Positions 49,444-62,345 of a DNA stretch of 64,000 nt are shown piece after piece. The stretch covers positions 2,048,001-2,112,000 of the forward strand of contig OY762721.1 in the NCBI GenBank assembly GCA_963666345.1, given 5' to 3'. Position numbers and translations under genes: made by a program. This DNA comes from Desulfatiglandales bacterium (GTDB lineage: Bacteria; Desulfobacterota; DSM-4660; Desulfatiglandales; Desulfatiglandaceae). Each line of letters opens with the position of its first letter. Position 1 is the stretch's first letter. The notes beneath the pieces are model-generated. The model was given only the letters and a program-made list of their open reading frames with translations, did not search any database and was not told the DNA's origin.

Positions 49444-50769
49444 TCAGCCGAACAAAGAGGCCAGGCCTGAGGTCCCTTTCTTCGTAAACCGCTCCATCAT
49501 CTTTTTGGTCTGAACAAAATTTTTCAGGAGACGATTGACATCCTGCACGGTTGTCCCGCTTCCGCGTGCTATTCTTTTTCTTCTGCTCGCATTTATTATC
49601 TTATGCCTGCGCCTTTCCTGCATGGTCATGGAATTGATGATCGCCTCAATTTTGGCCAGTTCCTTTTCATCGGGGCTCATCTGCTTTAACTTTTTGATCT
49701 GTCCCATGCCCGGCAGCATTCCCAATATCTGATCAAGTGAGCCTATTTTTTTCATCTGACCCAGCTGACTCTTGAAATCTTCGAGATCGAACTCCCTCTT
49801 TTTTATCTTTTTCTGAAGTTTAAGGGCCTCTTTCTCATCAACCTGGTCCTGCGCCTTTTCAATAAGAGACATTACATCGCCCATGCCCAGGATCTGGGAG
49901 GCCATTCTATCGGGGTAAAAAGGCTCCAGAGACTCGATCTTTTCTCCCACCCCGATAAACTTGATCGGCTTTCCGGTTACCGACTTTATTGATAATGCCG
50001 CCCCCCCCCTTGCATCGCCTTCCATCTTGGAGAGGATTACGCCGGAAATATCCAGCGAGTCGTTAAACGACTCCGCCACATTTACTGCATCCTGACCCGT
50101 CATTGCGTCAGCCACGAGCAGAATCTCATTCGGGGCCAGCCGATCCTTTATGCGAGACAGCTCCGCCATCAGTGCTTCATTTATATGGAGACGCCCCGCC
50201 GTATCCATAATAAGCAGATCCGCCCCCTCTTTTCCTGCCGTAGAGAGCGCGTCCAGGCATATGTCCTCCGGTTTCTGCGAGTCAGTCGAAGGATACACCG
50301 GAACCCCCACCTGCGCTCCCAGCTTCTTCAGTTGCTCAATTGCCGCAGGCCTGTAGACATCTGCCGGCACAAGAAGGGGATGCCGCCCCTGCTTTCTGAG
50401 GAAATGCGCCAGCTTGGCTGCCGTTGTTGTCTTTCCTGACCCCTGGAGACCCACAAGAAGTATGGAATGGGGCGTCCGCCCGGAGAACCTTAGCCCCGCT
50501 ACACTTTCACCCATAAGACGGGTGAGCTCATCATTTACAATCTTTATGAACTGCTGACCCGGAGTCAGGCTCGCAAGGACCTCCTGCCCCATCGCACGAA
50601 GCCGGATATCCTCCACCAGGGCCTTTACCACTTTATAGTTGACATCGGCCTCAAGAAGGGCTAAACGCACCTGTTTCAGGGCATCACTTATATTCGCCTC
50701 GCTCAGTCTCCCCCTGCCGGTGACCCACTTGCTGACTTTCCCCAGTTTTTCCGTCAAACTCTCAAACAT
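49444..50769 (-). CDS. ffh: Signal recognition particle protein
   Basis: LLEADV, GLQGSGKTT, DTAGRL, ILGMGD, RIARGSG. Confidence 0.97.
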   Translation of the reverse strand: MFESLTEKLGKVSKWVTGRGRLSEANISDALKQVRLALLEADVNYKVVKALVEDIRLRAMGQEVLASLTPGQQFIKIVNDELTRLMGESVAGLRFSGRTPHSILLVGLQGSGKTTTAAKLAHFLRKQGRHPLLVPADVYRPAAIEQLKKLGAQVGVPVYPSTDSQKPEDICLDALSTAGKEGADLLIMDTAGRLHINEALMAELSRIKDRLAPNEILLVADAMTGQDAVNVAESFNDSLDISGVILSKMEGDARGGAALSIKSVTGKPIKFIGVGEKIESLEPFYPDRMASQILGMGDVMSLIEKAQDQVDEKEALKLQKKIKKREFDLEDFKSQLGQMKKIGSLDQILGMLPGMGQIKKLKQMSPDEKELAKIEAIINSMTMQERRRHKIINASRRKRIARGSGTTVQDVNRLLKNFVQTKKMMERFTKKGTSGLASLFG

Positions 50770-51184
50770 CAAAAACAGCCTTATTCTAGGGTGTAAACTT
50801 ATTATTTAATTCAATTCTCCCGTTTGTGTCAACAAAAATTCGCGTGAAGCTGAACATCCCAAGATTATTTCTTAATTATATTATATAAAATCATATTATT
50901 AATTAAATTGCCGGAATAATCAATAACTTAATTTGTTAAACCGCTTTCCTGCTCACAAGATTATCTGAAGATATCAAATATTAACCGGCTATATCCACAA
51001 GATTTAATGTGTTGCAACAAGAATTACAATATGTAAAAAATGAACCGGATAAAGAAAAGCTGCTATTCATGCGGAAGCATTACGCTACGGCGCCGGGATT
51101 CTTTACTCCGGCCTGCGCTTTTACGTAAAGCAACCTAAAATAGTGGTATGATAGAATTTGCAGGATTTTCTTTATGTTATCTGA

Positions 51185-53227
<2,043 letters not shown>

Positions 53228-53239
53228 AGGGGAGTTACC

Positions 53240-53518
53240 ATGGCCAAGACAAGAAAACATCTCCATATACATGGCAGGGTTCAGGGTGTCTGGTTCAGGG
53301 ACTCTACAAGAACAAAGGCGCTGTCCCTGAGCGTATCAGGCTGGGTAAGGAATCTTCCTGACGGATCCGTGGAGGTCCTTGTTGAAGGTGAGGATGAGCA
53401 GGTAAAAGGGCTGGTATCATGGTGTAAGCAGGGCCCTCCCTCAGCAGATGTTTCAAGCCTGGTTGAGAGACAGGAAGAATGGAAAGGAGAGTTTGACACC
53501 TTCAGCATAGTTTATTAG
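53240..53518 (+). CDS. acyP: Acylphosphatase
   Basis: GRVQGVWFR, GWVRNLPDGSVE, GPP.A.V. Confidence 0.95.
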   Translation: MAKTRKHLHIHGRVQGVWFRDSTRTKALSLSVSGWVRNLPDGSVEVLVEGEDEQVKGLVSWCKQGPPSADVSSLVERQEEWKGEFDTFSIVY

Positions 53519-53618
53519 CAATTACCTTTACATGTAACGTATTTTAATAATATAAAGAGACTTTTTCAGCAGATGTTAAATCCGTTATTCATCCCATAAC
53601 TACACAGGAAATCCGATC

Positions 53619-54548
53619 ATGTGGAAACGATATATTAAAGATCCGCTTTTGCTGGTCCTGGCCGCTGTTTTTCTCTTTTCATCAGGCTGCGGAACGACAA
53701 AGTCCGTTTTGAACAGCCTCAAGCCAAAGGAAGTCGCAAAAAAGATACTTCCCGGTAAGGAGTGCCTAAAGAAAAGGTTGATGGTTTTCCCATTTGTTGA
53801 CTACGCCGGATACGGGCCTGAGAGGACCGCCCGTGTTGAAAATCTTTTCATGGATTTCATGAAAAGATCACCAAACATCCTGATCGCCAAACCCGGTAAA
53901 AGAGCACCTCAGTCCCCCCAAAAGACTCCCGGAAGATTCGGCATTTTTCTGGACCCTTATCAGATCCAATTGGCCAGGGAAGAGGGAATGAACGCCCTTC
54001 TGATCGGAACCCTGAGCCCGGTTGAAATAAAAACCGAAAAAAAGGGTATATGGCCCTTTCGAAAACAACGAACCACATTTGAGGTCTCCCTTGTAATAAG
54101 CCTTGTCGATGTCAGAAGAGGAACCATAATCTTCACCCAGTCAGAATCGGAAATAGAGAGCTTTTCCACTGTGGACGCCCAGATGATGGAAGAACAGGCC
54201 ATCTTTGAGCATATCCTTAAAACCTCAATCAAAAACATATCAAAGCGGCAGGCATCAGATGCATTGGAAAGGCTTGAAGATGAGCCCTGGATGGGCACTG
54301 TCCTTGATTTTACGGGAAACAGCCTTAAGATCAATGCGGGGAGCAGGCTCGGGGCAAAAGTGGGTGATCGCTTTGAGGTCTTTGCCCCCGGTCACTGTGT
54401 ATCTTCACAGGATGGAAGGCTCTTGAATCTGGTGGGAAGAAAAATAGGAGAGATAGAGATCAATTCGTTAACGGATGAAAATTCGCTGGCCACTCCGCTA
54501 GGTGAAGGACCTTTTGAAAAAGGACAGACAATCAGATTCATGCCCTGA
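53619..54548 (+). CDS. Lipoprotein, CsgG/FlgT-like
   Basis: Lipobox SSGC; C-terminal INAG...G.KVGDRFEV resembling the FlgT C-domain. Confidence 0.55.
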   Translation: MWKRYIKDPLLLVLAAVFLFSSGCGTTKSVLNSLKPKEVAKKILPGKECLKKRLMVFPFVDYAGYGPERTARVENLFMDFMKRSPNILIAKPGKRAPQSPQKTPGRFGIFLDPYQIQLAREEGMNALLIGTLSPVEIKTEKKGIWPFRKQRTTFEVSLVISLVDVRRGTIIFTQSESEIESFSTVDAQMMEEQAIFEHILKTSIKNISKRQASDALERLEDEPWMGTVLDFTGNSLKINAGSRLGAKVGDRFEVFAPGHCVSSQDGRLLNLVGRKIGEIEINSLTDENSLATPLGEGPFEKGQTIRFMP

Positions 54549-56229
54549 GCATGTCCCTCGCATTGGCTACGGCATGGGGTGTAATTTTCCTTCCACCGAG
54601 CAGCCTCGCAATCTCCAGGACACGTTCTTCGCCGTTCAGCATCAAGATGGAGGTCTCGGTACGACCGTCAACGACATTTTTTGAAACCATGAAATGGACA
54701 TGCCCCTGGCTTGCAATCTGCGGGAGATGGGTGATGCAGACAATCTGATGAAACCGCGAGAGAGAAAGGAGTTTTTTCCCCACGACCTCGGCGGTGGCGC
54801 CGCTGATTCCGGAGTCGACTTCGTCAAAAATAACCGATTCGATGGAGTTTGTCTGGGCAAGTATCGTTTTGAGAGCAAGCATTATTCGAGAAAGTTCGCC
54901 TCCCGAGGCGATCCTGGAAAGGGGTCGCATCTCTTCTCCCACATTGGGAGAGATCATGAACTCAATTTTATCATAACCGTCAGGTCCTATTTCAGGGCCA
55001 TCCCCATCAGCACTGCCGGTCCCGTTCGCGGTTGAAGCCCCGAAACGTACTTCAAAACCGGTATCTTTCATATGGAGCTGCCCCAGTTCCTTTTCCACTG
55101 CCTGTTTGAGCCTCTTTGCCGCGGCCCTTCGTTTTTCGGAAAGAACGGCAGCCTTCTGTTCCATATCGACACGCAATTCGACCAGTTTTTGACTCAGTTG
55201 AGTCAATCTCTTTTTCTTTTCCTCCATTGTGTAAAAGGCCGATTCAAGACGCTCCCCATACCGGAGGATTTCCTCTATGCCTGAGCCATACTTTCTCTTG
55301 AGACCGTTAATCAGATCGATCCTGCTCAGGACCTCGTCAAGCAGTGAGGTATCCATATTTATCGATTCCTTGAAATCCCTGAGCGAAAAGGCGGTATCTT
55401 CCACCTTAACAAGGATGTCTGAAAGCTCATCTCTGGCCGAACTGATCCTTGAATCGATTTCCGCAACCCTGTCCATTCTCTTTATGCATCTTGAAATAAC
55501 GGATGTTACAGATTCCTCGGCTTCATAAAGGACCTCCAGGGCCTCGGCGGATATCTCAAGCAGATCCTCCGAGTTCTGAAGCCTCCTTTTCTCCTTTTCC
55601 AGGGCGTCATCTTCCCCCGGTGTCAGCCTGGCCTTTTCTATCTCATCTATCTGAAACCGGTGAAGGGCATCTCTTTCCTCCTCTTCCCTCAATACCCTGT
55701 CAAGTACCCTTGTCTCATCCCTTACGGATATGTAATCGGCATAAACGGATCTCATCTCTTCCCTCAGGCCTGCCAGCATCCCGAAGGCATCCAGTAGAGG
55801 CATATGGTTTTCCGGCCTTAAAAGCTGCTGATGTTCATGTTGACCTGAGATGCTTATGAGTCTTGTTCCCAGGCGGGAAAGCATCTGCAGGGTGGCAAGG
55901 GTCCCGTTTATTGTTATCTTGTTTCGACCCTCCCTGAAGATGCTTCTGCTGATGAGAAGCTCTCCGCCAAATGAGGTGCCCAGTTCGGCGGCCAGTTCAT
56001 CGCAAAGGGGGCCTTTAGGAAAATCAAAAAGGGCCTCCACCCTTGCCTCGTCACAACCGCTTCTTATGAGCTCAGAGTAGGCCCTGCCTCCCAGGATCAG
56101 GTTCATGGCATTAATGATTATCGATTTTCCCGCCCCTGTCTCCCCGGAAAGGGTGTTTAGCCCTGATCCAAGAGTAATCTCGAGATGCCTTATAATCGCA
56201 AAATTGGTGATGTTAAGCTGTAAAAGCAT
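54538..56229 (-). CDS. recN: DNA repair protein RecN
   Basis: GETGAGKS, ASGGELSR, FDEVDSG, ITHLPQ. Confidence 0.97.
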   Translation of the reverse strand: MLLQLNITNFAIIRHLEITLGSGLNTLSGETGAGKSIIINAMNLILGGRAYSELIRSGCDEARVEALFDFPKGPLCDELAAELGTSFGGELLISRSIFREGRNKITINGTLATLQMLSRLGTRLISISGQHEHQQLLRPENHMPLLDAFGMLAGLREEMRSVYADYISVRDETRVLDRVLREEEERDALHRFQIDEIEKARLTPGEDDALEKEKRRLQNSEDLLEISAEALEVLYEAEESVTSVISRCIKRMDRVAEIDSRISSARDELSDILVKVEDTAFSLRDFKESINMDTSLLDEVLSRIDLINGLKRKYGSGIEEILRYGERLESAFYTMEEKKKRLTQLSQKLVELRVDMEQKAAVLSEKRRAAAKRLKQAVEKELGQLHMKDTGFEVRFGASTANGTGSADGDGPEIGPDGYDKIEFMISPNVGEEMRPLSRIASGGELSRIMLALKTILAQTNSIESVIFDEVDSGISGATAEVVGKKLLSLSRFHQIVCITHLPQIASQGHVHFMVSKNVVDGRTETSILMLNGEERVLEIARLLGGRKITPHAVANARDMLRA

Positions 56230-56238
56230 ATTTAACCG

Positions 56239-58062
56239 CTATATCTGCTCCCATGTGACCCGTAATACCTCCTGGTAGGTGGTCTTGCCTTCAAGGAGTT
56301 TTTTGACCGCATTTTCCCTAAGAGAAACCATTCCGTCTTTTCTTGCCTGCGCCCTGATCGCCTCAATATCAGCCGCCGAAGTAATGAGCCGCTTAAGGGA
56401 TTCCGTACAGGTCAGGACCTCAAAAGCCCCTGTTCTGCCGAAATACCCTGTGCCGCGGCACTTTGCACAGCCTCTTCCGCGGAAAAGCTTAACCGGACCG
56501 TTTTTCCCGGTATCTATGCCAAGCCGTTTCAATTCCCCGCTTTCCATCTCAAAGGACTCTTTACAATGCCTGCATATACTCCTTACAAGGCGTTGCGCCA
56601 GCACCCCGGTAAGGGTTGACTGAACCAGGAATGAAGGAATTCCAAGGTCCAACAGCCGGGACACCGCAGACGGCGCGTCATTGGTGTGAAGAGTAGATAG
56701 CACCAGATGCCCTGTCAATGCCGCCTGGATTGCGTTTTCCGCTGTTTCAAGATCTCTCATCTCGCCTACCATAATGATATCAGGGTCCTGCCTCAACATG
56801 CTTCGAAGTATGGACCCGAACGTGACCCCGACGGCCGGCTGAACCGCTATCTGGTTAAACTCCTCATACACCATTTCGATCGGATCTTCTATGGTCATTA
56901 TGTTGATTTCCGGTGAGGACAGAGATCTAAGCGCGGAATAGAGGGTCGTAGACTTACCGCTGCCCGTAGGTCCGCACACGAGCACTATTCCATGAGGCAT
57001 GTCTATAAACTGCTCGAACCGGATAAGGTCTTCCGAGGTAAAACCGAGCCTCTTTAGGTCCTGGAAAAGGACCCCTGGATCCATTATCCTCATAACCACC
57101 TTTTCTCCAAAGGCGACAGGGGTGGTCGACACCCTGATTTCCGCCTCTATTCCACCTTTATCGGTCTTGATCCTTCCATCCTGCGGCCTTCTTTTTTCTG
57201 CCATATCAAGTCGGGACAGGTTCTTGATCCTGCTTATGATGGCTGAGTGAACATTCTTGGGAAGGGAATATACGGTGTGAAGGACTCCGTCTATCCTGAG
57301 CCGTACAATGGATTTATCCCTTTTGGGCTCGATATGGATATCGCTTGCCCTCTGGTCGAATGCATAGCTCAGAAGATGGTTTACCGCCTTGACGATATGC
57401 TGATCATTTGAAGGCAGTTCTCCTGCCGATTTAAGCCGGACATACTGTTCCAGGTTTCCCAGGTCCACAGAGGGCCCTGCAAATTGATTCTCAGCGGCCG
57501 CAATGGAGCGTTTGAAACCGTAAAATTCATCTATAAGCTTTATTATGTCGGTCTTTGCGCTTACAACGGGTCTTATCTTCATATGGCTGACACGGGCTAT
57601 GTCTTCAAACACCTCCTGGTTGAATGGGTCGGCCGTTGCAACAGTCAGTCTTCCCTTGTCAACGGAAAGAGGGAGCACGAGGTGTTTCATGGCAAACGAG
57701 CGGGGGATCGTGCCTGTCACCACATTCATATCGAGCTCCAATGGGTCTATCTTTATATAGGGGATACTGCATTCATCGGCCAGGTTCTGATATATCACCT
57801 CTTCATCAACAACCTGTTCCGGATCATCCGCCCTGTCCAGGTTAAGAGCGGCAATAACGTCTATGATATCTACCGGTAAAATGGCCCCGGACTTGGAGGT
57901 AGTGGAGGCCTGCCTCATGGTCCTGAGCCGCTCAAGTTTCTGCTTGAGAAGGCCCCTTTTCCTTAAGATCTCCTCTGTCTGACCGGAAGAAAGGATTCCC
58001 CTTTTGAGCAGCATCGAGCAGACCGCCTCAGCGGTAAACTGTTTTTGGCCGAATGCATCCAT
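56239..58062 (-). CDS. pilB: Second GspE/PilB-family ATPase
   Basis: ASDIHIEP, GPTGSGKSTT, LRQDPD, CxxC..CxxC. Confidence 0.88.
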   Translation of the reverse strand: MDAFGQKQFTAEAVCSMLLKRGILSSGQTEEILRKRGLLKQKLERLRTMRQASTTSKSGAILPVDIIDVIAALNLDRADDPEQVVDEEVIYQNLADECSIPYIKIDPLELDMNVVTGTIPRSFAMKHLVLPLSVDKGRLTVATADPFNQEVFEDIARVSHMKIRPVVSAKTDIIKLIDEFYGFKRSIAAAENQFAGPSVDLGNLEQYVRLKSAGELPSNDQHIVKAVNHLLSYAFDQRASDIHIEPKRDKSIVRLRIDGVLHTVYSLPKNVHSAIISRIKNLSRLDMAEKRRPQDGRIKTDKGGIEAEIRVSTTPVAFGEKVVMRIMDPGVLFQDLKRLGFTSEDLIRFEQFIDMPHGIVLVCGPTGSGKSTTLYSALRSLSSPEINIMTIEDPIEMVYEEFNQIAVQPAVGVTFGSILRSMLRQDPDIIMVGEMRDLETAENAIQAALTGHLVLSTLHTNDAPSAVSRLLDLGIPSFLVQSTLTGVLAQRLVRSICRHCKESFEMESGELKRLGIDTGKNGPVKLFRGRGCAKCRGTGYFGRTGAFEVLTCTESLKRLITSAADIEAIRAQARKDGMVSLRENAVKKLLEGKTTYQEVLRVTWEQI

Positions 58063-58240
58063 CTGTTTAAACTCTTGTCCGAGATGACATTATTATCTTT
58101 GGTTCTTATCAGACGAGGTTTGATATGAGACTGCCGGAGGCAAACCACTACCCAAGGGCCGATCAATTAACGCCTCGTGATCAAAAGGCAATCCTTATCT
58201 TTACACCTTGAGCTGATTGTCCTTTACATAAGCATTTCTG

Positions 58241-58675
58241 CTAGTTCACATGTTCCCATTCAGGCACGTTATCATAGAAGCCGTAACTGCGCAGATTCCC
58301 CTTTTGAGGCAGCTTGTAGATCTCTCTTGCTGCCAGACGGTCCTTTCCCAGACCATACCCCCTCACAAAGACCCTCTGACCCTTTTTAAGGCTTTTGATG
58401 CTTATCTTTGCCCCATTTGCATTCATAACCATAGTCTGAAAGCGGTGGCCGCCCTCGACAAAATCCATTAATTCGATCTTTTTTTCAGCCACTATCAGGT
58501 AGCCGGAGTATATATGGAGCTCCATTATAGTTGCATTCAGGTCAAAGAAGTCGGTATCCTCAAGCTCCTTTGGATCTATCCTGTCGGCAGCAAAAATTGG
58601 AGAAAAGATCAAAACGCAAAAGAATGCCATGACAGACACCTTTAAAAGCGGTCTTGCGGCTATATCCTTTAACAT
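58241..58675 (-). CDS. Secreted hypothetical protein
   Basis: Signal-peptide-like N-terminus; RBS AAGGGGGA. Confidence 0.6.
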   Translation of the reverse strand: MLKDIAARPLLKVSVMAFFCVLIFSPIFAADRIDPKELEDTDFFDLNATIMELHIYSGYLIVAEKKIELMDFVEGGHRFQTMVMNANGAKISIKSLKKGQRVFVRGYGLGKDRLAAREIYKLPQKGNLRSYGFYDNVPEWEHVN

Positions 58676-58789
58676 GTTATCCCCCTTGTAAATACTACTC
58701 ATCCCTCAAAATATCCCTGATCCACCATCAAGGCAGCATCTGTTCCACTTATGCGGGATTGTCTCGAATCCATTGATTTTCATATCGAC

Positions 58790-61765
58790 TTAAAAAAGCT
58801 GTCTCCAGTAGAAGAGATTTACATCCGGCGCATCAGCCACATCCTCGGTAACGACACCCCCCTCGATTCCAAGATACATCTTGGGACCGCTTTCATGAAT
58901 GGCGATTACCGGCGCAGACGGTATGGCGGTACCTACCACCTTGCTCCTGTCAAGTTTTCCACGCTCGACTATCTCGCCTTCCGCATCGGTTTCCGTAACA
59001 TCGCTGTAATCCATAACAGCGCCGCCTGTCCTGTAATCAAGGGCGTAAAGTCTTGCAGTACCCCTTGTCTCGGCCACGGCGCAAGGGTCATCTTCCCCAC
59101 CCTCTTCCCCCGCTTCAGGAGTGTAGGTGGTCAGATATATGACTCCTGCAAAGGCGCGGGGCGAAGAGGTGATCTTTTCACCTAAATCTTCAAGCCTTAT
59201 GTACCATCCCTTTGCATCGGCCAGGGCCTCTGCGGTCTGTACCTTTTCATCCTCTGTCCCAAGCTGGATGAGATCGGCTGTTACATCCACGAGGTCGGAT
59301 TCATCAATGGTTGTAAAGCTGCCGATATCGTCCCAGCTGCTTTTTATCGCGTAAAGCCTGTTTACCACCCCGGTCTCGCCAGGATCAGCCCGATCACCGG
59401 TACCTAAAAAGATCATCTCTCCATAGGTTTCAGCAACCGCATCAGGGGCGTAAAAGATCTTTCTCTGAACCCCGTCCACGGCCGAGGCTGAAAAGAGTTT
59501 TCTTGCCACCCATGTTCCGTCACCATTGTCATCTTCAACCGCAAAGACATCACCCCCCATATCGCCCGCATACACGCGGTTTACATATCCGTTACCATTA
59601 CGGTCAAAACCTGAGACATCCACTATGCTGTTAGTCATCCCGCCAAAATTTGAGGCGTTTACATTAAGACTGCTTATGGCCCCGTCCGTAACCCTGACGG
59701 TAAAAATCGCCTTTCCGACTCCATCGGTTGCCGCTGGTGTTTCTGCATCCTGGTTGTTGTCATAACCTCCACCCAGGAGAAAGACCGTGTCGGAACCGGT
59801 CGCGGTCTTTATCCCGCATATCTCAGGCTTACACCAAGACTGACCCAGCTCGGCATCCCCTCCGCCCAGGGCGTTTGCGCCTATGGAATAGAGCCTTGAA
59901 GGTGATGTCGCGCTTGTTACGTCCAGGCCGTAGTAGCTGGTCCCGCCCCTTCTTTCCCCAAAAAAGAGGATCTTCTGGCTCGTCCCTGAATACAGGACAG
60001 GGGAGCCGTCCACAAAATAGTCGTGGTCGTCGTTTGAAAGAAGCTGGAGCCTTGGCATCTGGTCTTCAGGTATATATGCCCACAGCTCGCTTCCGTCGCT
60101 GTCGTCAAAACAGTGTAGCATTCCGTCGTTGCTTCCCACAAAGACCTTGGTATCCGTGGATGAATAATGAACCACGGCAGGCTCTGAATGGAGGATATCC
60201 CCGAAGATCCAGAACCTTGTCCCGCCGTGAATATCGCTAATTATGGTGTCACGCTGGCCGTCGGTTGATACATTAAGAACCCCCCTGGTAATAAGAGAGT
60301 TGCTCGATACAAAGGAATTATCCGAGTGGGTCAGAGCCGACTCGGTCCCCATGTATGCATAGATGTTCCTTGTGCTCTGATCAAGGAGCAGGTCTCCGAC
60401 ACCGCCTGCCGCCACATTGGGGCCGTCGGCGGAAACAGACCAGTAGGAGCGGGCATTGTCCTTTATTCGGCCGTCAGTCAGGGTGGCTGCCTGTCCGTCC
60501 TGATCTATTATGGCACCTGAAGCGTCAAGGCCGTATTTCTTTACATTTCCGAGCCACCTGCCGGAATTCTGAGGCTTGAAAAAGCCCAGGTAAAGCCTGT
60601 CTCCCGCGTAGGTCCTGTTCATTCGGCTTACAGGAACCACAGGGGCCACAAACACGGCGTTTTCCTCGCTTATATTTGCCATTATCTCTTCAAAGGCCTC
60701 TGAGAGGGCCGAATAATTGGTTGCAGTATAGTAAAGGCCTCCCCCGTTTGATGCGGTTTCTTCAAGCAGAGTCTGGTTTGTCTGAAATCCGATGGTGTAG
60801 GTAATGATGCTCTGTTTTTCAAAAGACGTGCCTGAGCCAAGGCTTGGATTGCAATCCCTTTCATACAGATACCTGGCCACATCGTCCAGGTAATCGGATC
60901 CGCTACTCCCGTAACTTCCCGGATCATTCCCGTCCCCGTCATAGTCGCCTATATTGTCTCCGTTTATATAGGTACCGGATGTGAGCCTCCAGTCTATATC
61001 CTGTGTGGGCTCCCCGTCGGTCATAAGTATTATGTAGTTTTTCTGGCACCGCTCCTCCATCGGGCTTGTGTAGTTGACCCCGCTGTTATACCAGCTGTCC
61101 ATGCCGGCAAAGTAGAGCCCCGCCTCTGCAAGGGTTTCTGCAAGGGGGGTCCAGTCGCTGGCGGGAAGTGCGGCCACACTGGTTAACAGGGTGGCCTTGC
61201 TGGTTCCGCATGGCTCAACAAGACGCCCGCCCTGGGTGCTATTGAACCTGAAAAGGCCGAAACGCACATTTTCCGTTTCATTAATGAGATCTGAGATGAC
61301 CTCTTTTGCCACATCTATCCTTGATCTGTAGGCACCTCCGCCTGAGGCCACGTAGTTCATGAAATTACCCACGCGCAATTGCTTATAAGTCCCGCCGCAT
61401 ATGCCGTGGTAAACCCCCCCGATGTAGCTGCGATTAAGTCTTTTGTAGCAGTATCCGTCCGTTAGCAGGGCATTCTTTACATCCTGGCAGTCGACATAAT
61501 CGATATGGCTGATATACTCGTACCATGAGTAATAATATCTCCTGTAGACCTTGTTGCTGTTGTATGGTCCGGAATAAGTGACTGCCGGATCATAAGGGTC
61601 GCCCGGGACATCCTGGGTAGCCATACTCCCGGAAGTATCAAAGATAATGAGTACATTGGGCTGAAGAGACACAGTCACGGTGCCGTATATCTCCGTGTCG
61701 TCACCCTGTGAGATTGCCGGAAAAAGCATAAGAAGCATCAGGCTCACTACTACGGCCCGTTTCAT
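58790..61765 (-). CDS. pilY1: PilY1/PilC tip adhesin with N-terminal vWA domain
   Basis: Signal peptide, DTSGSM MIDAS, TPLAETL, MTDGEPT; GSNDGMLH, YFVDGSP, DRNGNGYV.RVYAGD. Confidence 0.9.
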   Translation of the reverse strand: MKRAVVVSLMLLMLFPAISQGDDTEIYGTVTVSLQPNVLIIFDTSGSMATQDVPGDPYDPAVTYSGPYNSNKVYRRYYYSWYEYISHIDYVDCQDVKNALLTDGYCYKRLNRSYIGGVYHGICGGTYKQLRVGNFMNYVASGGGAYRSRIDVAKEVISDLINETENVRFGLFRFNSTQGGRLVEPCGTSKATLLTSVAALPASDWTPLAETLAEAGLYFAGMDSWYNSGVNYTSPMEERCQKNYIILMTDGEPTQDIDWRLTSGTYINGDNIGDYDGDGNDPGSYGSSGSDYLDDVARYLYERDCNPSLGSGTSFEKQSIITYTIGFQTNQTLLEETASNGGGLYYTATNYSALSEAFEEIMANISEENAVFVAPVVPVSRMNRTYAGDRLYLGFFKPQNSGRWLGNVKKYGLDASGAIIDQDGQAATLTDGRIKDNARSYWSVSADGPNVAAGGVGDLLLDQSTRNIYAYMGTESALTHSDNSFVSSNSLITRGVLNVSTDGQRDTIISDIHGGTRFWIFGDILHSEPAVVHYSSTDTKVFVGSNDGMLHCFDDSDGSELWAYIPEDQMPRLQLLSNDDHDYFVDGSPVLYSGTSQKILFFGERRGGTSYYGLDVTSATSPSRLYSIGANALGGGDAELGQSWCKPEICGIKTATGSDTVFLLGGGYDNNQDAETPAATDGVGKAIFTVRVTDGAISSLNVNASNFGGMTNSIVDVSGFDRNGNGYVNRVYAGDMGGDVFAVEDDNGDGTWVARKLFSASAVDGVQRKIFYAPDAVAETYGEMIFLGTGDRADPGETGVVNRLYAIKSSWDDIGSFTTIDESDLVDVTADLIQLGTEDEKVQTAEALADAKGWYIRLEDLGEKITSSPRAFAGVIYLTTYTPEAGEEGGEDDPCAVAETRGTARLYALDYRTGGAVMDYSDVTETDAEGEIVERGKLDRSKVVGTAIPSAPVIAIHESGPKMYLGIEGGVVTEDVADAPDVNLFYWRQLF

Positions 61766-61806
61766 GGCTGTTCCTCCTGATGATTTAAAATTGTTCAACT
61801 ACCAAC

Positions 61807-62328
61807 CTATGGTTTGTTAAATGCCTTCCAAACACCTGCCTGGATTCGGGTATTGCCCGCCTGAGATACGGTTGTAATACCGTAGCGGCGAACCTCGAAA
61901 TATTTCATGCTGTATCCCGACCCGGCGGGAGGGGGCATAATATGCTCACCAACCGGCACGTCGTTCGCGTTTCCGCTCAACCCCGTCACATCCGTGCCGC
62001 TTGCCTCTATGCAGCGAACCTCGGCGGTTGCGTCATCCGTCCCGTCAGAGTCATAGTCAACATTTCCCGTATAGGCGGCCACGGTTTCGTCCGCGGTCAG
62101 AAACCCTATGGTCAGCCATGTGGCTGAGGACTCAACCGTATCAAGGAGGGCCGCCTCGACCGTGTAAAAATCATTTACGATCTGCCTTTCATTCGCGGAT
62201 ACACGAATCTCCGTATCAGAGGTCCTGGTGGCCGCAATCCCGATTATGGTAATCATGACAAGAATCAGTATCGCGGCCGCAAGCACAAACCCCTCTTCGT
62301 TTTGAACCACCCTTTTCAGAACTCCCAT
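61807..62328 (-). CDS. pilX: Minor pilin PilX
   Basis: EEG/FVL prepilin motif lacking E5; directly upstream of pilY1. Confidence 0.8.
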   Translation of the reverse strand: MGVLKRVVQNEEGFVLAAAILILVMITIIGIAATRTSDTEIRVSANERQIVNDFYTVEAALLDTVESSATWLTIGFLTADETVAAYTGNVDYDSDGTDDATAEVRCIEASGTDVTGLSGNANDVPVGEHIMPPPAGSGYSMKYFEVRRYGITTVSQAGNTRIQAGVWKAFNKP

Positions 62329-62345
62329 AGGTTTCCCCCTTGAGC